Assembly (NCBI GenBank): GCA_016209895.1
Contig: JACQVH010000215.1
Span: 1 to 21,943, forward strand
DNA length: 21,943 bases
Direction: 5' to 3'
Source: Candidatus Hydrogenedentota bacterium
GTDB taxonomy: Bacteria; Hydrogenedentota; Hydrogenedentia; Hydrogenedentales; SLHB01
Part shown: piece by piece, positions 15,675 through 21,943 of the stretch
Numbering within the stretch: position 1 is the first letter of the stretch
How the letters are laid out: the number at the start of each line of letters is the position of its first letter
The notes under the pieces: generated by a model
Told to the model about the DNA's origin: nothing
What the model saw: the letters and a program-made list of their open reading frames with translations, nothing else
Database searches by the model: none
Made by a program: the position numbers and the translations under genes

Positions 15675-15765
15675 GGTTCCTGGTCCCTGGTTTCTGGTTC
15701 CCAGTTATCGGTTTCCGGTTTTCAGTTACTCGGCATTCGGTACTCGGAACTCGTCACTTGTAGCG
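15675..15765. repeat. Array of about 13 phased heptanucleotide repeats (plus-strand units GGTTCCT, GGTCCCT, GGTTTCT, GGTTTCC, CGGTACT ...), the reverse-complement family of the 13591-13758 array; extends into the last 13 codons of the large minus-strand gene
   Basis: Read directly. The reverse complement gives AGGAACC, AGGGACC, AGAAACC, GGAAACC, AGTAACT, AGTACCG, AGTGACG, the same words found in the array at 13591-13758 but inverted. The stop codon of the large gene (15722-15724) and its C-terminal residues LQVTSSEYRMPSN are encoded by repeat units. Confidence 0.75.
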
Positions 15766-18700
15766 GTTCGCCGTTAGGGGCGGTCACGCGGGCTTCCTGG
15801 ATGAATATTGTCGGAAGCGAGGTTTCGCCGGCCACGCGCTCCCAACGAACCGTGACGATATCGCCGGCGGCGAGGCGTCTGCGGTCCGCACCAACTTCGA
15901 TGATTAAGCCGCCCGCGGCCATGGGACGTGCCGTTACCTGTCGGCGCGCGAATTCTGCTCCTGGGCCTGGGAGCGTTTCGATCCAGTTTACGGCACGCGG
16001 CGGTTCCGTCTCCAGTCGGAGGAACACGCGGCCAATGTTCACGCTTCGTGGACAATCCAAATGGATCGAGGTGACCTGGTACTGATGCCGCGCGGTTTGT
16101 GCCGTTTTCAGACTCAAGGTCACCGCGCTCCGCGCGAGGTATTGAAAACCTGCCGGGAGCGTTCCTCTCAGTCCCGAGGACGGCGAGGTTACTGACACAT
16201 CCACCGCGTTTCGAGCGGTGGCGGCGATGGCCGGAGTTTCCGTAATGAAGTTGCCCGGATTGACCCAGCGAACCCGCGGCGCTTGGCGACTTCCGAACCA
16301 CACGGCGCTGTCCGTGGCGAAGTTGCGGCCCTGCACGAGCACCTGGGTACCGCCTTCTGCCGGCCCTTGCCCCGGTTCCAATCCGGCTACGACCGGCGCG
16401 TCGGGAGGCGGCAGCGGCTGTGCGTCCGCGCCGTCCCAGATGCCGTCCCCGTCGGAGTCCGGATTCAACGGATTTGTTTCACTTTCATCCATGCGGCCGT
16501 TGCGGTTGCGGTCTTCGGTTCCGTCGGGTATGCCGTCACCGTCGGAATCGGGATTCAGGCGGTCCGTTTCCCCGGAGTCCACGGTGTCATTGCGCTTGCG
16601 GTCCTCGATCTCATCGGGAAGTCCGTCGCCGTCAAGATCGTGGATTTCTTTGCCGGCATTGACCAGCCATTGAAACAGGTCTGACACGAAATGCTGATAT
16701 GATGCCTCGGACGGGGCTGCGTCTTCGAGCGGCGTCGGCGCCGCGATGAGGACCATACGCCCGCGCCCGTACGGCATGGCAATCAACAGGGCTTGGGTCG
16801 GATCGGACATCGAGCGCGCCAGGATGGCGGTCGGGTCATCCACTTGGATGGCGCAACCGCCTCGGAACGAGAGCACCGACCAGCTTCGGGTCAGCGCGTG
16901 ATTCAAAGTTCGGGAAAACGTGCCTTCGACACGCACGTTGGTGTGAATGCTGATCCCAAGGGGACTCAGCCAGTCGGTCAGAATATCGTTGTCGCTACCG
17001 GTCTGATACGCGCCCACGAAGAGTAACCCGCCTCCGGCCGCGACGAAATCCAGCAATGCCTGCCGTGTCAACATACCTCGTGTAGCCCCGGCGGCATCGA
17101 GCACGACAATTCGATAAGGCGCTAATGATTCCAGAAACGGTCCGGAGGCCCAACGGTGACTGAAATAGTGCGGTGGCCCCGAGAGCCTATCGGTAAGGCC
17201 GGAGAAGGAGTCGCGTCTTTCACGCTTCGCTCTCGCAACATCGTCCCCGCTTCCCTCGCCGCATAACCAGAGAATACGGCTGACCTCCGTATTATCCGGG
17301 ATTACGCGGAGTGCGATGGGTATCGGACTACCGGCCGCTTCGACTTGAGGATGCGTGCCGGTGAGATGCACGGTCAATGTACCTCCGACCACTTCGGTCG
17401 CTCGTCCATATTGAGCAGGGTCAACACCCATTAACATGACTCCGGGTAACGTTCCGCTACGGGGATGGACACGGAGCCACGGCATCGCATTATCATCGAG
17501 AGTCACGCGCCAAGCCGAGTTCTCGGCGAACGGCGACACAATCTGGACCGATCGAAGTTCCTGACCTGCAGCCCGCCCACTGAAGTTAATGGCCCGCGGA
17601 AGGACTGCGCGGGGCGAGCGCGCCGTCGGTTCCGGGTCCGCGCCGTCCGCGATTCCGTCCCCGTCCGTGTCCGGCGACGTGGAACTGGTGCGAAGTTTCG
17701 CCTCCTGGCCGTCGTCGAGCCCGTCCGTATCCGCATCGGGCCGCGGGAGGCTTGAAGTCGGGAGCAGTACGATGTCGGCCACAGCGCCCGTTTGAAGTTG
17801 AATCGTTGCGAGCGGATTCCCCGAAGCCGGGTCTATGGCGTGGACCCGGCTCGATTCCCCGACGAACAGGCCTTCTGTGGTCCAAGTCATGGCGGTGATT
17901 CGCGCCGGATAGGTTACCGGCGCGCCTCCCGGGCCGCCGCCGGCCCAGAGTTCGAGCCGGTTTTCGCTCGACACTGCGACGTCCGGTCCCGAAGGTGCCG
18001 GCGCCAACACGAGCGGGTGCGACACTCCGGAATACGGGACTTCCGCCTGCTTCTTGACGCCTTCTCCGGAAGTGTCAACACGAACCACGTAAGCAAAACC
18101 CGCGCCCGGAGTCCACGTTGTGGCCCAACAGACACCCTGGTCTCCCACGTGCAACACTTCGTTGTTGGACGATGCCGTCCCGGGAACTTCCAAAGGGGGA
18201 GCCAGCGCGCGGAACGTGTGTGAGTCCAGCACGTGCAAGCGCGAAGTGGTCTCGCCTGATGATGGAGCCCCGGCATACCCGGAGGTCAGCACGAGCAAAC
18301 GGGCGCCGTCCCGGCTGAGGGCGAGACCGGACGCCGCGCCGGATATTCCAGCCGTATCATCGCCCAGACGCAACTTCTCCAGCACCAGGGCGCCGGAGAC
18401 GACGTCACGTACGTGCAGAAGCGCTCCGGCGCCGTAATCGCCCTTGCAAAGCACGGCGATCTGCCCGACGGCGGGGAGTTGGACTGCGGCCACGGGTACC
18501 CCCGGAAGCGCCCATGACTGAGGACGGCTTTCGAGCGAAACGGGAACCCCGGCCGGCGACCGCAGCACGTCGAGCCGCCCGTGCCAGAGCGCCTCCTCGT
18601 CGCCACGAACGCCGAGAAGCGCGATCAGGGGCTCGCCCGTGTCGGGATCGCGCGCGATGCATCCGGCGAATTGACGCCAGCCCTCCAGCGAAATGATTTG

Positions 18701-19093
18701 GGCCGACGCAACGGGCCGGAGCGGGGCCGTCTGAAAGCCGGAAATGAAAGTCAGCGCGTCGGTACGGTCCGCGTCGTAGGCCGTCCACGGCCGACCCGTC
18801 GAGAGAACGACACCAGAGGCGTACGGCGTGAGAAGCATCGGGCCCAGCCGGGCCACACCGGGAAGGCGCTCCGCGCCGGGTAAGGCTTCGCCCCGCGCCA
18901 TATCCACGCTCTGGAGATAGACTGCGCTCGCCTCGCCGAACGCCGACAGCGTCGTAGTCCGCACCAACAATCGCTGGGAGTACCCGGAACTACCCACAAG
19001 AAGGATGGTGAGCACGAAGGCCGCGCGAAGAATGAACAATTGGCCTAGTGATTCGGCGGTGATCCCGTTATGGCTCGCGTAGGCTGGCTTCAT
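15722..19093 (-). CDS. Large secreted multidomain protein with thrombospondin type-3-like Ca-binding repeats, IPT/TIG domain and beta-rich modules (putative adhesin / surface protein)
   Basis: ORF 15722..19222. The likely start is the internal ATG at 19091-19093 (MKPAYASHNG...), followed by a hydrophobic signal/anchor segment (LGQLFILRAAFVLTILLVGSS). The 43 codons upstream look non-coding. Two blocks of D-x-D-x-DG repeats (DADTDGLDDG, DTDGDGIADG, DLDGDGLPDE, DPDSDGDGIPDG, NPDSDGDGIWDG), an IPT/TIG-like segment (GLEPGQGPAEGGTQVLVQGRNF) and a ThuA/GATase-like segment (RIVVLDAAG...GGGLLFVGAY). No PEP-CTERM or LPXTG sorting signal. Confidence 0.75.
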   Translation of the reverse strand: MKPAYASHNGITAESLGQLFILRAAFVLTILLVGSSGYSQRLLVRTTTLSAFGEASAVYLQSVDMARGEALPGAERLPGVARLGPMLLTPYASGVVLSTGRPWTAYDADRTDALTFISGFQTAPLRPVASAQIISLEGWRQFAGCIARDPDTGEPLIALLGVRGDEEALWHGRLDVLRSPAGVPVSLESRPQSWALPGVPVAAVQLPAVGQIAVLCKGDYGAGALLHVRDVVSGALVLEKLRLGDDTAGISGAASGLALSRDGARLLVLTSGYAGAPSSGETTSRLHVLDSHTFRALAPPLEVPGTASSNNEVLHVGDQGVCWATTWTPGAGFAYVVRVDTSGEGVKKQAEVPYSGVSHPLVLAPAPSGPDVAVSSENRLELWAGGGPGGAPVTYPARITAMTWTTEGLFVGESSRVHAIDPASGNPLATIQLQTGAVADIVLLPTSSLPRPDADTDGLDDGQEAKLRTSSTSPDTDGDGIADGADPEPTARSPRAVLPRAINFSGRAAGQELRSVQIVSPFAENSAWRVTLDDNAMPWLRVHPRSGTLPGVMLMGVDPAQYGRATEVVGGTLTVHLTGTHPQVEAAGSPIPIALRVIPDNTEVSRILWLCGEGSGDDVARAKRERRDSFSGLTDRLSGPPHYFSHRWASGPFLESLAPYRIVVLDAAGATRGMLTRQALLDFVAAGGGLLFVGAYQTGSDNDILTDWLSPLGISIHTNVRVEGTFSRTLNHALTRSWSVLSFRGGCAIQVDDPTAILARSMSDPTQALLIAMPYGRGRMVLIAAPTPLEDAAPSEASYQHFVSDLFQWLVNAGKEIHDLDGDGLPDEIEDRKRNDTVDSGETDRLNPDSDGDGIPDGTEDRNRNGRMDESETNPLNPDSDGDGIWDGADAQPLPPPDAPVVAGLEPGQGPAEGGTQVLVQGRNFATDSAVWFGSRQAPRVRWVNPGNFITETPAIAATARNAVDVSVTSPSSGLRGTLPAGFQYLARSAVTLSLKTAQTARHQYQVTSIHLDCPRSVNIGRVFLRLETEPPRAVNWIETLPGPGAEFARRQVTARPMAAGGLIIEVGADRRRLAAGDIVTVRWERVAGETSLPTIFIQEARVTAPNGEPLQVTSSEYRMPSN
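16430..16660 (-). repeat. Intragenic direct DNA repeats encoding tandem thrombospondin type-3 (DxDxDGxxD) units. A second block lies at about 17630-17740.
   Basis: Plus-strand repeats GCCGTCCCCGTCGGAGTCCGGATTCAACGG / GCCGTCACCGTCGGAATCGGGATTCAGGCGG / TCCGTCGCCGTCAAGATCGTGGAT are visible. They correspond to the NPDSDGDGI motifs of the encoded protein. Confidence 0.5.
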
Positions 19094-19127
19094 GATCACC
19101 CGCGATTGTAGCAAATCTCTCTTTGGA

Positions 19128-19147
19128 CTGCGGGAGCTTGCTCCCGC
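19128..19147. promoter_or_regulatory. Perfect palindrome GCGGGAGC-TT-GCTCCCGC in the divergent intergenic region between the large secreted-protein gene and the CD225 gene; candidate operator or RNA hairpin
   Basis: Read directly: 8-bp arms that are exact reverse complements, 2-nt centre. Lies about 35 nt upstream (minus-strand sense) of the proposed start at 19093 and about 105 nt upstream of the CD225 ATG. Confidence 0.25.
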
Positions 19148-19252
19148 ATCCCCAAGGGGAGTCTGCGGTGGCGTGACTCCCCGCCTCCTGGGATCGTGAA
19201 AACTCCCCCGAGGAAAGCACATAATGAGTGCAAACGCTAGGGAGGAGAAACC

Positions 19253-19618
19253 ATGTATTGCCCAAAATGCGGGTCCGAGAACGATGATAATGCCTTTCGC
19301 TGTACCCGGTGCGGAAACATTTTACAGCAGACACAAGGATCTCCAGGCGGACCGCCGCCCAGTATCCCCACGTACTTGGCGCCGGCGATCCTCGTCACCC
19401 TGTTCTGTTGCTTGCCTTTCGGCATCGTGGCTATCGTGTATGCCGCGCAGGTGAGCGGCAGGATGGCGGGGGGCGACTATATCGGAGCCGCCGAATTATC
19501 GCGGAAGGCAAAAATGTGGTGTTGGGTGTCATTTGGGATCGGACTGGCGTTCATTGTCCTCTACGTTGTGTTCATCGTCGCCGTGGAGGTACTGGGCGGA
19601 TTTTCGCAACAAATGTGA
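19253..19618 (+). CDS. CD225/dispanin-family small membrane protein with N-terminal zinc-ribbon
   Basis: GGGAGGAG RBS 6 nt upstream. N-terminal CPKCGSEN...CTRCGN zinc ribbon, Pro/Gly linker, then the two-helix CD225 signature (LAPAILVTLFCCLPFGIVAIVYAAQV...WCWVSFGIGLAFIVLYVVFIV). Confidence 0.75.
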   Translation: MYCPKCGSENDDNAFRCTRCGNILQQTQGSPGGPPPSIPTYLAPAILVTLFCCLPFGIVAIVYAAQVSGRMAGGDYIGAAELSRKAKMWCWVSFGIGLAFIVLYVVFIVAVEVLGGFSQQM

Positions 19619-19659
19619 TTTCACGTGTGATACCGGTTGCGGGAGATTCGGGGGTATAT

Positions 19660-20064
19660 GTGCCGTGCCGCCAATCAGTTGTGAGCTTTGGAAGCGGCGC
19701 GATCGCGGTGGCGGCGCTCTGCGCGCTGTACCTTTTCGATCCTGCTGAGTACCGCCTCTTCCCGCCCTGCCCGTTTCACGCGATTACGGGATTCCATTGT
19801 CCGGGATGCGGGAGTCTTCGCGCGCTACACGCGCTTTTGCGCGGTCACTTGGTGGAAGCGTTCGATTTTAATCCGTTGATGATCCTGTTCTTGCCCATTC
19901 TCGCTTACATGTTTCTTTCAGAACGAAGAGAGAGTTTTCCAAACCGGAATGCGCGCCGCGCGTTTTATGTTCTATGGCACGGGTGGGCGGTTTTGGCGCT
20001 GATAGTTGGATACGGGATACTGAGGAATTTACCGTTTTATCCGTTTGTCCTTTTAGCGCCGTGA
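19660..20064 (+). CDS. DUF2752-family membrane protein (CPxCGxTR zinc-binding N-terminus)
   Basis: C-terminal part of ORF 19309..20064. The first plausible start after the CD225 stop is GTG at 19660, preceded by GGGGG (19650-19654). Contains LFPPCPFHAITGFHCPGCGSLRA, the DUF2752 hallmark, then two hydrophobic helices. The DUF2752-CD225 adjacency is a known conserved pairing. The N-terminal 117 codons of the ORF-track entry overlap the CD225 gene out of frame and were rejected. Confidence 0.65.
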   Translation: MPCRQSVVSFGSGAIAVAALCALYLFDPAEYRLFPPCPFHAITGFHCPGCGSLRALHALLRGHLVEAFDFNPLMILFLPILAYMFLSERRESFPNRNARRAFYVLWHGWAVLALIVGYGILRNLPFYPFVLLAP

Positions 20065-20109
20065 GACCTTGCGTAACAGGTAGCCCGAGGCGGAAAGAAA
20101 GGTTTGCCG

Positions 20110-20688
20110 ATGACAAAAGCGTGTGCGCTCAATCCGCAAGCAATTGATTCCAACACGTATCCGGAGACGCTGCCCAACGTCTGCGTCGAAGGGCCGCGTG
20201 GACCCGTCTGCGCATGGTTTTCCGAGCGTGGCTTATCCCGACTCCACCTGTGTGGGCTGGACCTCTGTACCCTGTGGAATGCCGCCGCAATAGGCATGTA
20301 TCGGCGGCGGCATCATCAGCCAACGAGGAACGAAGCAGACCCGCGGGCCGCACGCTTGGCGGCAGCCTTGAGACGGTACCTCCAGGGAGAACCGGAAGAC
20401 TTCTCCGACGTCGAGATCGACCTAAGCGCCGGCACCGAGTTTCAGCAGGCGGTCTGGGAGGCGGCGCGCAAAGTCGCGTGGGGTAGACTATCCTCTTACG
20501 GAGACTTGGCCCGTCTGATAGGCCGTACCACGGATACGGCGCGCGCCGTAGGCCAGGCGTTGGGCGCAAACCCCATCGCTATCGTCGTTCCCTGTCACCG
20601 GTTCGTCGCGTCAGACGGCTCCCTCGGCGGCTTCTCCGGCGGACTCGAATGGAAGCGGGCGCTGCTGCGGCTGGAAGGACACTTCTGA
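20110..20688 (+). CDS. ogt: Methylated-DNA--protein-cysteine methyltransferase (O6-alkylguanine-DNA alkyltransferase)
   Basis: Active-site motif IVVPCHRFV (PCHR), helix-turn-helix region (YGDLARLIGRTTDTARAVGQALGANP) and C-terminal GGLEWKRALLRLEG. ATG at 20110 is 9 nt after a GAAAGG-type RBS. The ORF-track start at 20104 is a TTG two codons upstream. Confidence 0.8.
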   Translation: MTKACALNPQAIDSNTYPETLPNVCVEGPRGPVCAWFSERGLSRLHLCGLDLCTLWNAAAIGMYRRRHHQPTRNEADPRAARLAAALRRYLQGEPEDFSDVEIDLSAGTEFQQAVWEAARKVAWGRLSSYGDLARLIGRTTDTARAVGQALGANPIAIVVPCHRFVASDGSLGGFSGGLEWKRALLRLEGHF

Positions 20689-20775
20689 GTGCGGAATGTG
20701 GATTGTGGATTGCGGAATGAACCAATTACGGATTGTGGAATGTTGAACGCCAAGAGCCAAAGGCCAAAGGAACCG
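20689..20775. repeat. Phased heptanucleotide repeat array immediately after the ogt stop: GTGCGGA, ATGTGGA, TTGTGGA, TTGCGGA ... then TTGTGGA, ATGTTGA, ACGCCAA, GAGCCAA, AGGCCAA, AGGAACC
   Basis: Read directly. Begins 1 nt after the TGA of ogt. 7-nt register with one 2-nt slip around 20724-20732. Unit family (nTGnGGA, nnGCCAA) differs from the 13591 and 15675 arrays. Confidence 0.65.
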
Positions 20776-20842
20776 ACTTATGGTTTCTCGCGTTGCGTGA
20801 ATCGGTCAAACCGAGACTGAGCGCGACATCCCCATTTGCCCA

Positions 20843-20858
20843 GTCAAGCAAGCTTGAC
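20843..20858. terminator. Palindromic hairpin GTCAAGC-AA-GCTTGAC between convergent ogt and esterase genes
   Basis: 7-bp perfect arms read directly, located mid-way in the 220-nt convergent intergenic gap. No U-tract. Could equally be a protein-binding palindrome. Confidence 0.3.
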
Positions 20859-20873
20859 CGTGGCGCCCGATCA

Positions 20874-20908
20874 TCGTCGTTTAGAATTTAGAATCTGCAA
20901 TTTGGAAT
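20874..20908. repeat. Short heptanucleotide repeat array TCGTCGT, TTAGAAT, TTAGAAT, CTGCAAT, TTGGAAT abutting the stop codon of the minus-strand esterase gene
   Basis: Read directly; five consecutive 7-mers with consensus TTnGAAT ending at the TGA (20909-20911, minus strand) of the hydrolase gene. Confidence 0.5.
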
Positions 20909-21661
20909 TCACTTCTTCTGTTTTAGCAGCCACTGGATGGTCTTCGCATCGCCATAGGCGTCGTCCCAGGAATTGTGCTTTGCCTTGGGGATTTCCGTGT
21001 ATTTGATCTGCCCGCCCGCCTTCTTCACCGCCTCGACCATTTTGCGGGACTCCGCGGGCTTGACGACGTCGTCCTCGGCGCCGTGAAACGCCCAGATCGG
21101 CAAGGCCGCAAGTGCTGTGGCGTCCTCCTCTTTTCCGCCGCCACAGATCGGCATTAACGCGGCGTATACGTCCGTGCGCTTTGCCCCCAACATCCACGTG
21201 GCGTAGCCACCGAGGGAAATTCCGGTCAGGTAGATGCGGTTCGGGTCAATGTTGTACTCCGCGCGGGTTTGTTCGAGCGCTTTCTCGATATGCGATACGG
21301 CGCGGTCCCAGAAACCCAACCCCGGGCACTGCGGAAAGACCACCACGCACGGGAATCGCTCCGGATGCTTGCGGATGGCGTGACCGATCCCCACGTCGGT
21401 CGGTAGCAGCCCATCGTTGCCGCGTTCCCCGATCCCGTGCAGAAACACGATCAACGGCCACCCCTGCGCCCGGTCATAGTTGCGCGGCACATAGACGGCA
21501 TAGGCCCGTTCCTTGCCGTCTGCTACCATGGTCTTATTGAGGAAGCCCGTCACAATCCCTTGGCTCTCTGCCGCTTGGCCGCTGATTGACTTCGTCGTAG
21601 CACAACCGTTGCTCAACATCACGACCGCAAACACAGCCACGAAGGTCCATTTCACGTTCAT
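20909..21661 (-). CDS. Alpha/beta-hydrolase family esterase (phospholipase/carboxylesterase-like) lipoprotein
   Basis: Signal peptide with lipobox (VVMLSNGCATT). Esterase core motifs: LIVFLHGIGERG (oxyanion region), nucleophile elbow GISLGG, and C-terminal FHGAEDDVV / His region (KAKHNSWDD). Confidence 0.8.
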   Translation of the reverse strand: MNVKWTFVAVFAVVMLSNGCATTKSISGQAAESQGIVTGFLNKTMVADGKERAYAVYVPRNYDRAQGWPLIVFLHGIGERGNDGLLPTDVGIGHAIRKHPERFPCVVVFPQCPGLGFWDRAVSHIEKALEQTRAEYNIDPNRIYLTGISLGGYATWMLGAKRTDVYAALMPICGGGKEEDATALAALPIWAFHGAEDDVVKPAESRKMVEAVKKAGGQIKYTEIPKAKHNSWDDAYGDAKTIQWLLKQKK

Positions 21662-21810
21662 TCAGCGTTACTCCACGTTTGCGAGCGGCCTAACCATACC
21701 GAAGCGAATCTGTATGATTCAACGTGGTCACCGGCCACGCGCTACACAACGAAGTGGTTTCTATGGTTTAATCTTTTGTCTAACGCGTCTCGAGGAGAAG
21801 GGGAATCGCT

Positions 21811-21943
21811 ATGAAATTCGCTACGGAATACCTTTGGTTCAGCACGGCGAAGAAGCGTGAATACATCAACATCACGGACCAGGTCGAGGAGATCGTCAAG
21901 AAGAGCGGAGTGCGGGAGGGCATGGTAATGGTAAGTGCGATGC
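21811..21943 (+). CDS. YjbQ/UPF0047-family protein (secondary thiamine-phosphate synthase-like), 5' partial, continues beyond window
   Basis: ATG at 21811 preceded by GGAGAAGGGGAA. N-terminus [44 protein letters not shown] matches the conserved YjbQ family opening (..R.E.I(D/N)IT..V.....SGV.EG...V...H). No stop before the end of the window, hence absent from the ORF track. Confidence 0.6.
   Translation, partial: MKFATEYLWFSTAKKREYINITDQVEEIVKKSGVREGMVMVSAM

Noticed and set aside
19309-19659. N-terminal 117 codons of ORF 19309..20064 overlapping the CD225 gene
   Set aside because: Out-of-frame overlap with the CD225 CDS, and an Arg-rich nonsense-like product. The DUF2752 homology begins only after 19660, where a GTG with upstream GGGGG is available.
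1-21943. Search for tRNA, rRNA, transposase or integrase genes and prophage signatures
   Set aside because: No T-loop or anticodon-arm consensus segments (GTTCGAATC-type) were found by eye. No ORF has DDE, serine or tyrosine recombinase motifs. No long terminal inverted repeats other than the 7975/8124 heptamer arms.

Overview
This is a 21.9 kb high-GC (about 60%) bacterial chromosomal segment. Coding density is high and most ORFs are tightly spaced or overlap at their ends. The pseudopilin and gene content suggest a PVC-group or Acidobacteria-like Gram-negative. I found no rRNA, tRNA, CRISPR array, transposase or integrase.

Gene content, in order:
- An NfeD-like membrane protein and a flotillin (SPFH) pair, followed on the same strand by two uncharacterised genes.
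- A prepilin-type pseudopilin on the minus strand.
- A UvrD/PcrA-family helicase whose stop overlaps the start of a chorismate mutase/prephenate dehydratase gene (pheA).
- A membrane-anchored cyclophilin-type PPIase.
- A five-gene carrier-protein-dependent cassette: acyl carrier protein, SDR reductase, short AMP-dependent ligase, CE4/NodB-like deacetylase, and a putative FemAB/GNAT-fold protein.
- A Dabb-family lipoprotein whose start overlaps the stop of a polytopic membrane protein gene (ATGA).
- A thioredoxin-like [2Fe-2S] ferredoxin.
- A 1,100-aa-plus secreted protein with thrombospondin type-3-like calcium-binding repeats and an IPT/TIG domain.
- A CD225/dispanin zinc-ribbon protein, a DUF2752 protein and Ogt in tandem.
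- An alpha/beta-hydrolase lipoprotein and the 5' end of a YjbQ-family gene.

The most unusual signal is non-coding. Nearly every intergenic gap at the 3' ends of genes (7975-8124, 13591-13758, 15675-15765, 20689-20775, 20874-20908) is filled by phased degenerate tandem heptanucleotide arrays. One is 24 units (168 nt) long and fills the whole gap between two convergent genes. Two arrays belong to one family (units AGGGACC, AGAAACC, GGAAACC) and sit in opposite orientations. One array runs into the last 13 codons of the large secreted-protein gene. These resemble cyanobacterial STRR heptamer repeats but in a different lineage and sequence family. I regard them as the main novelty candidate, alongside the ACP-ligase-deacetylase-FemAB cassette and the extended flotillin operon.
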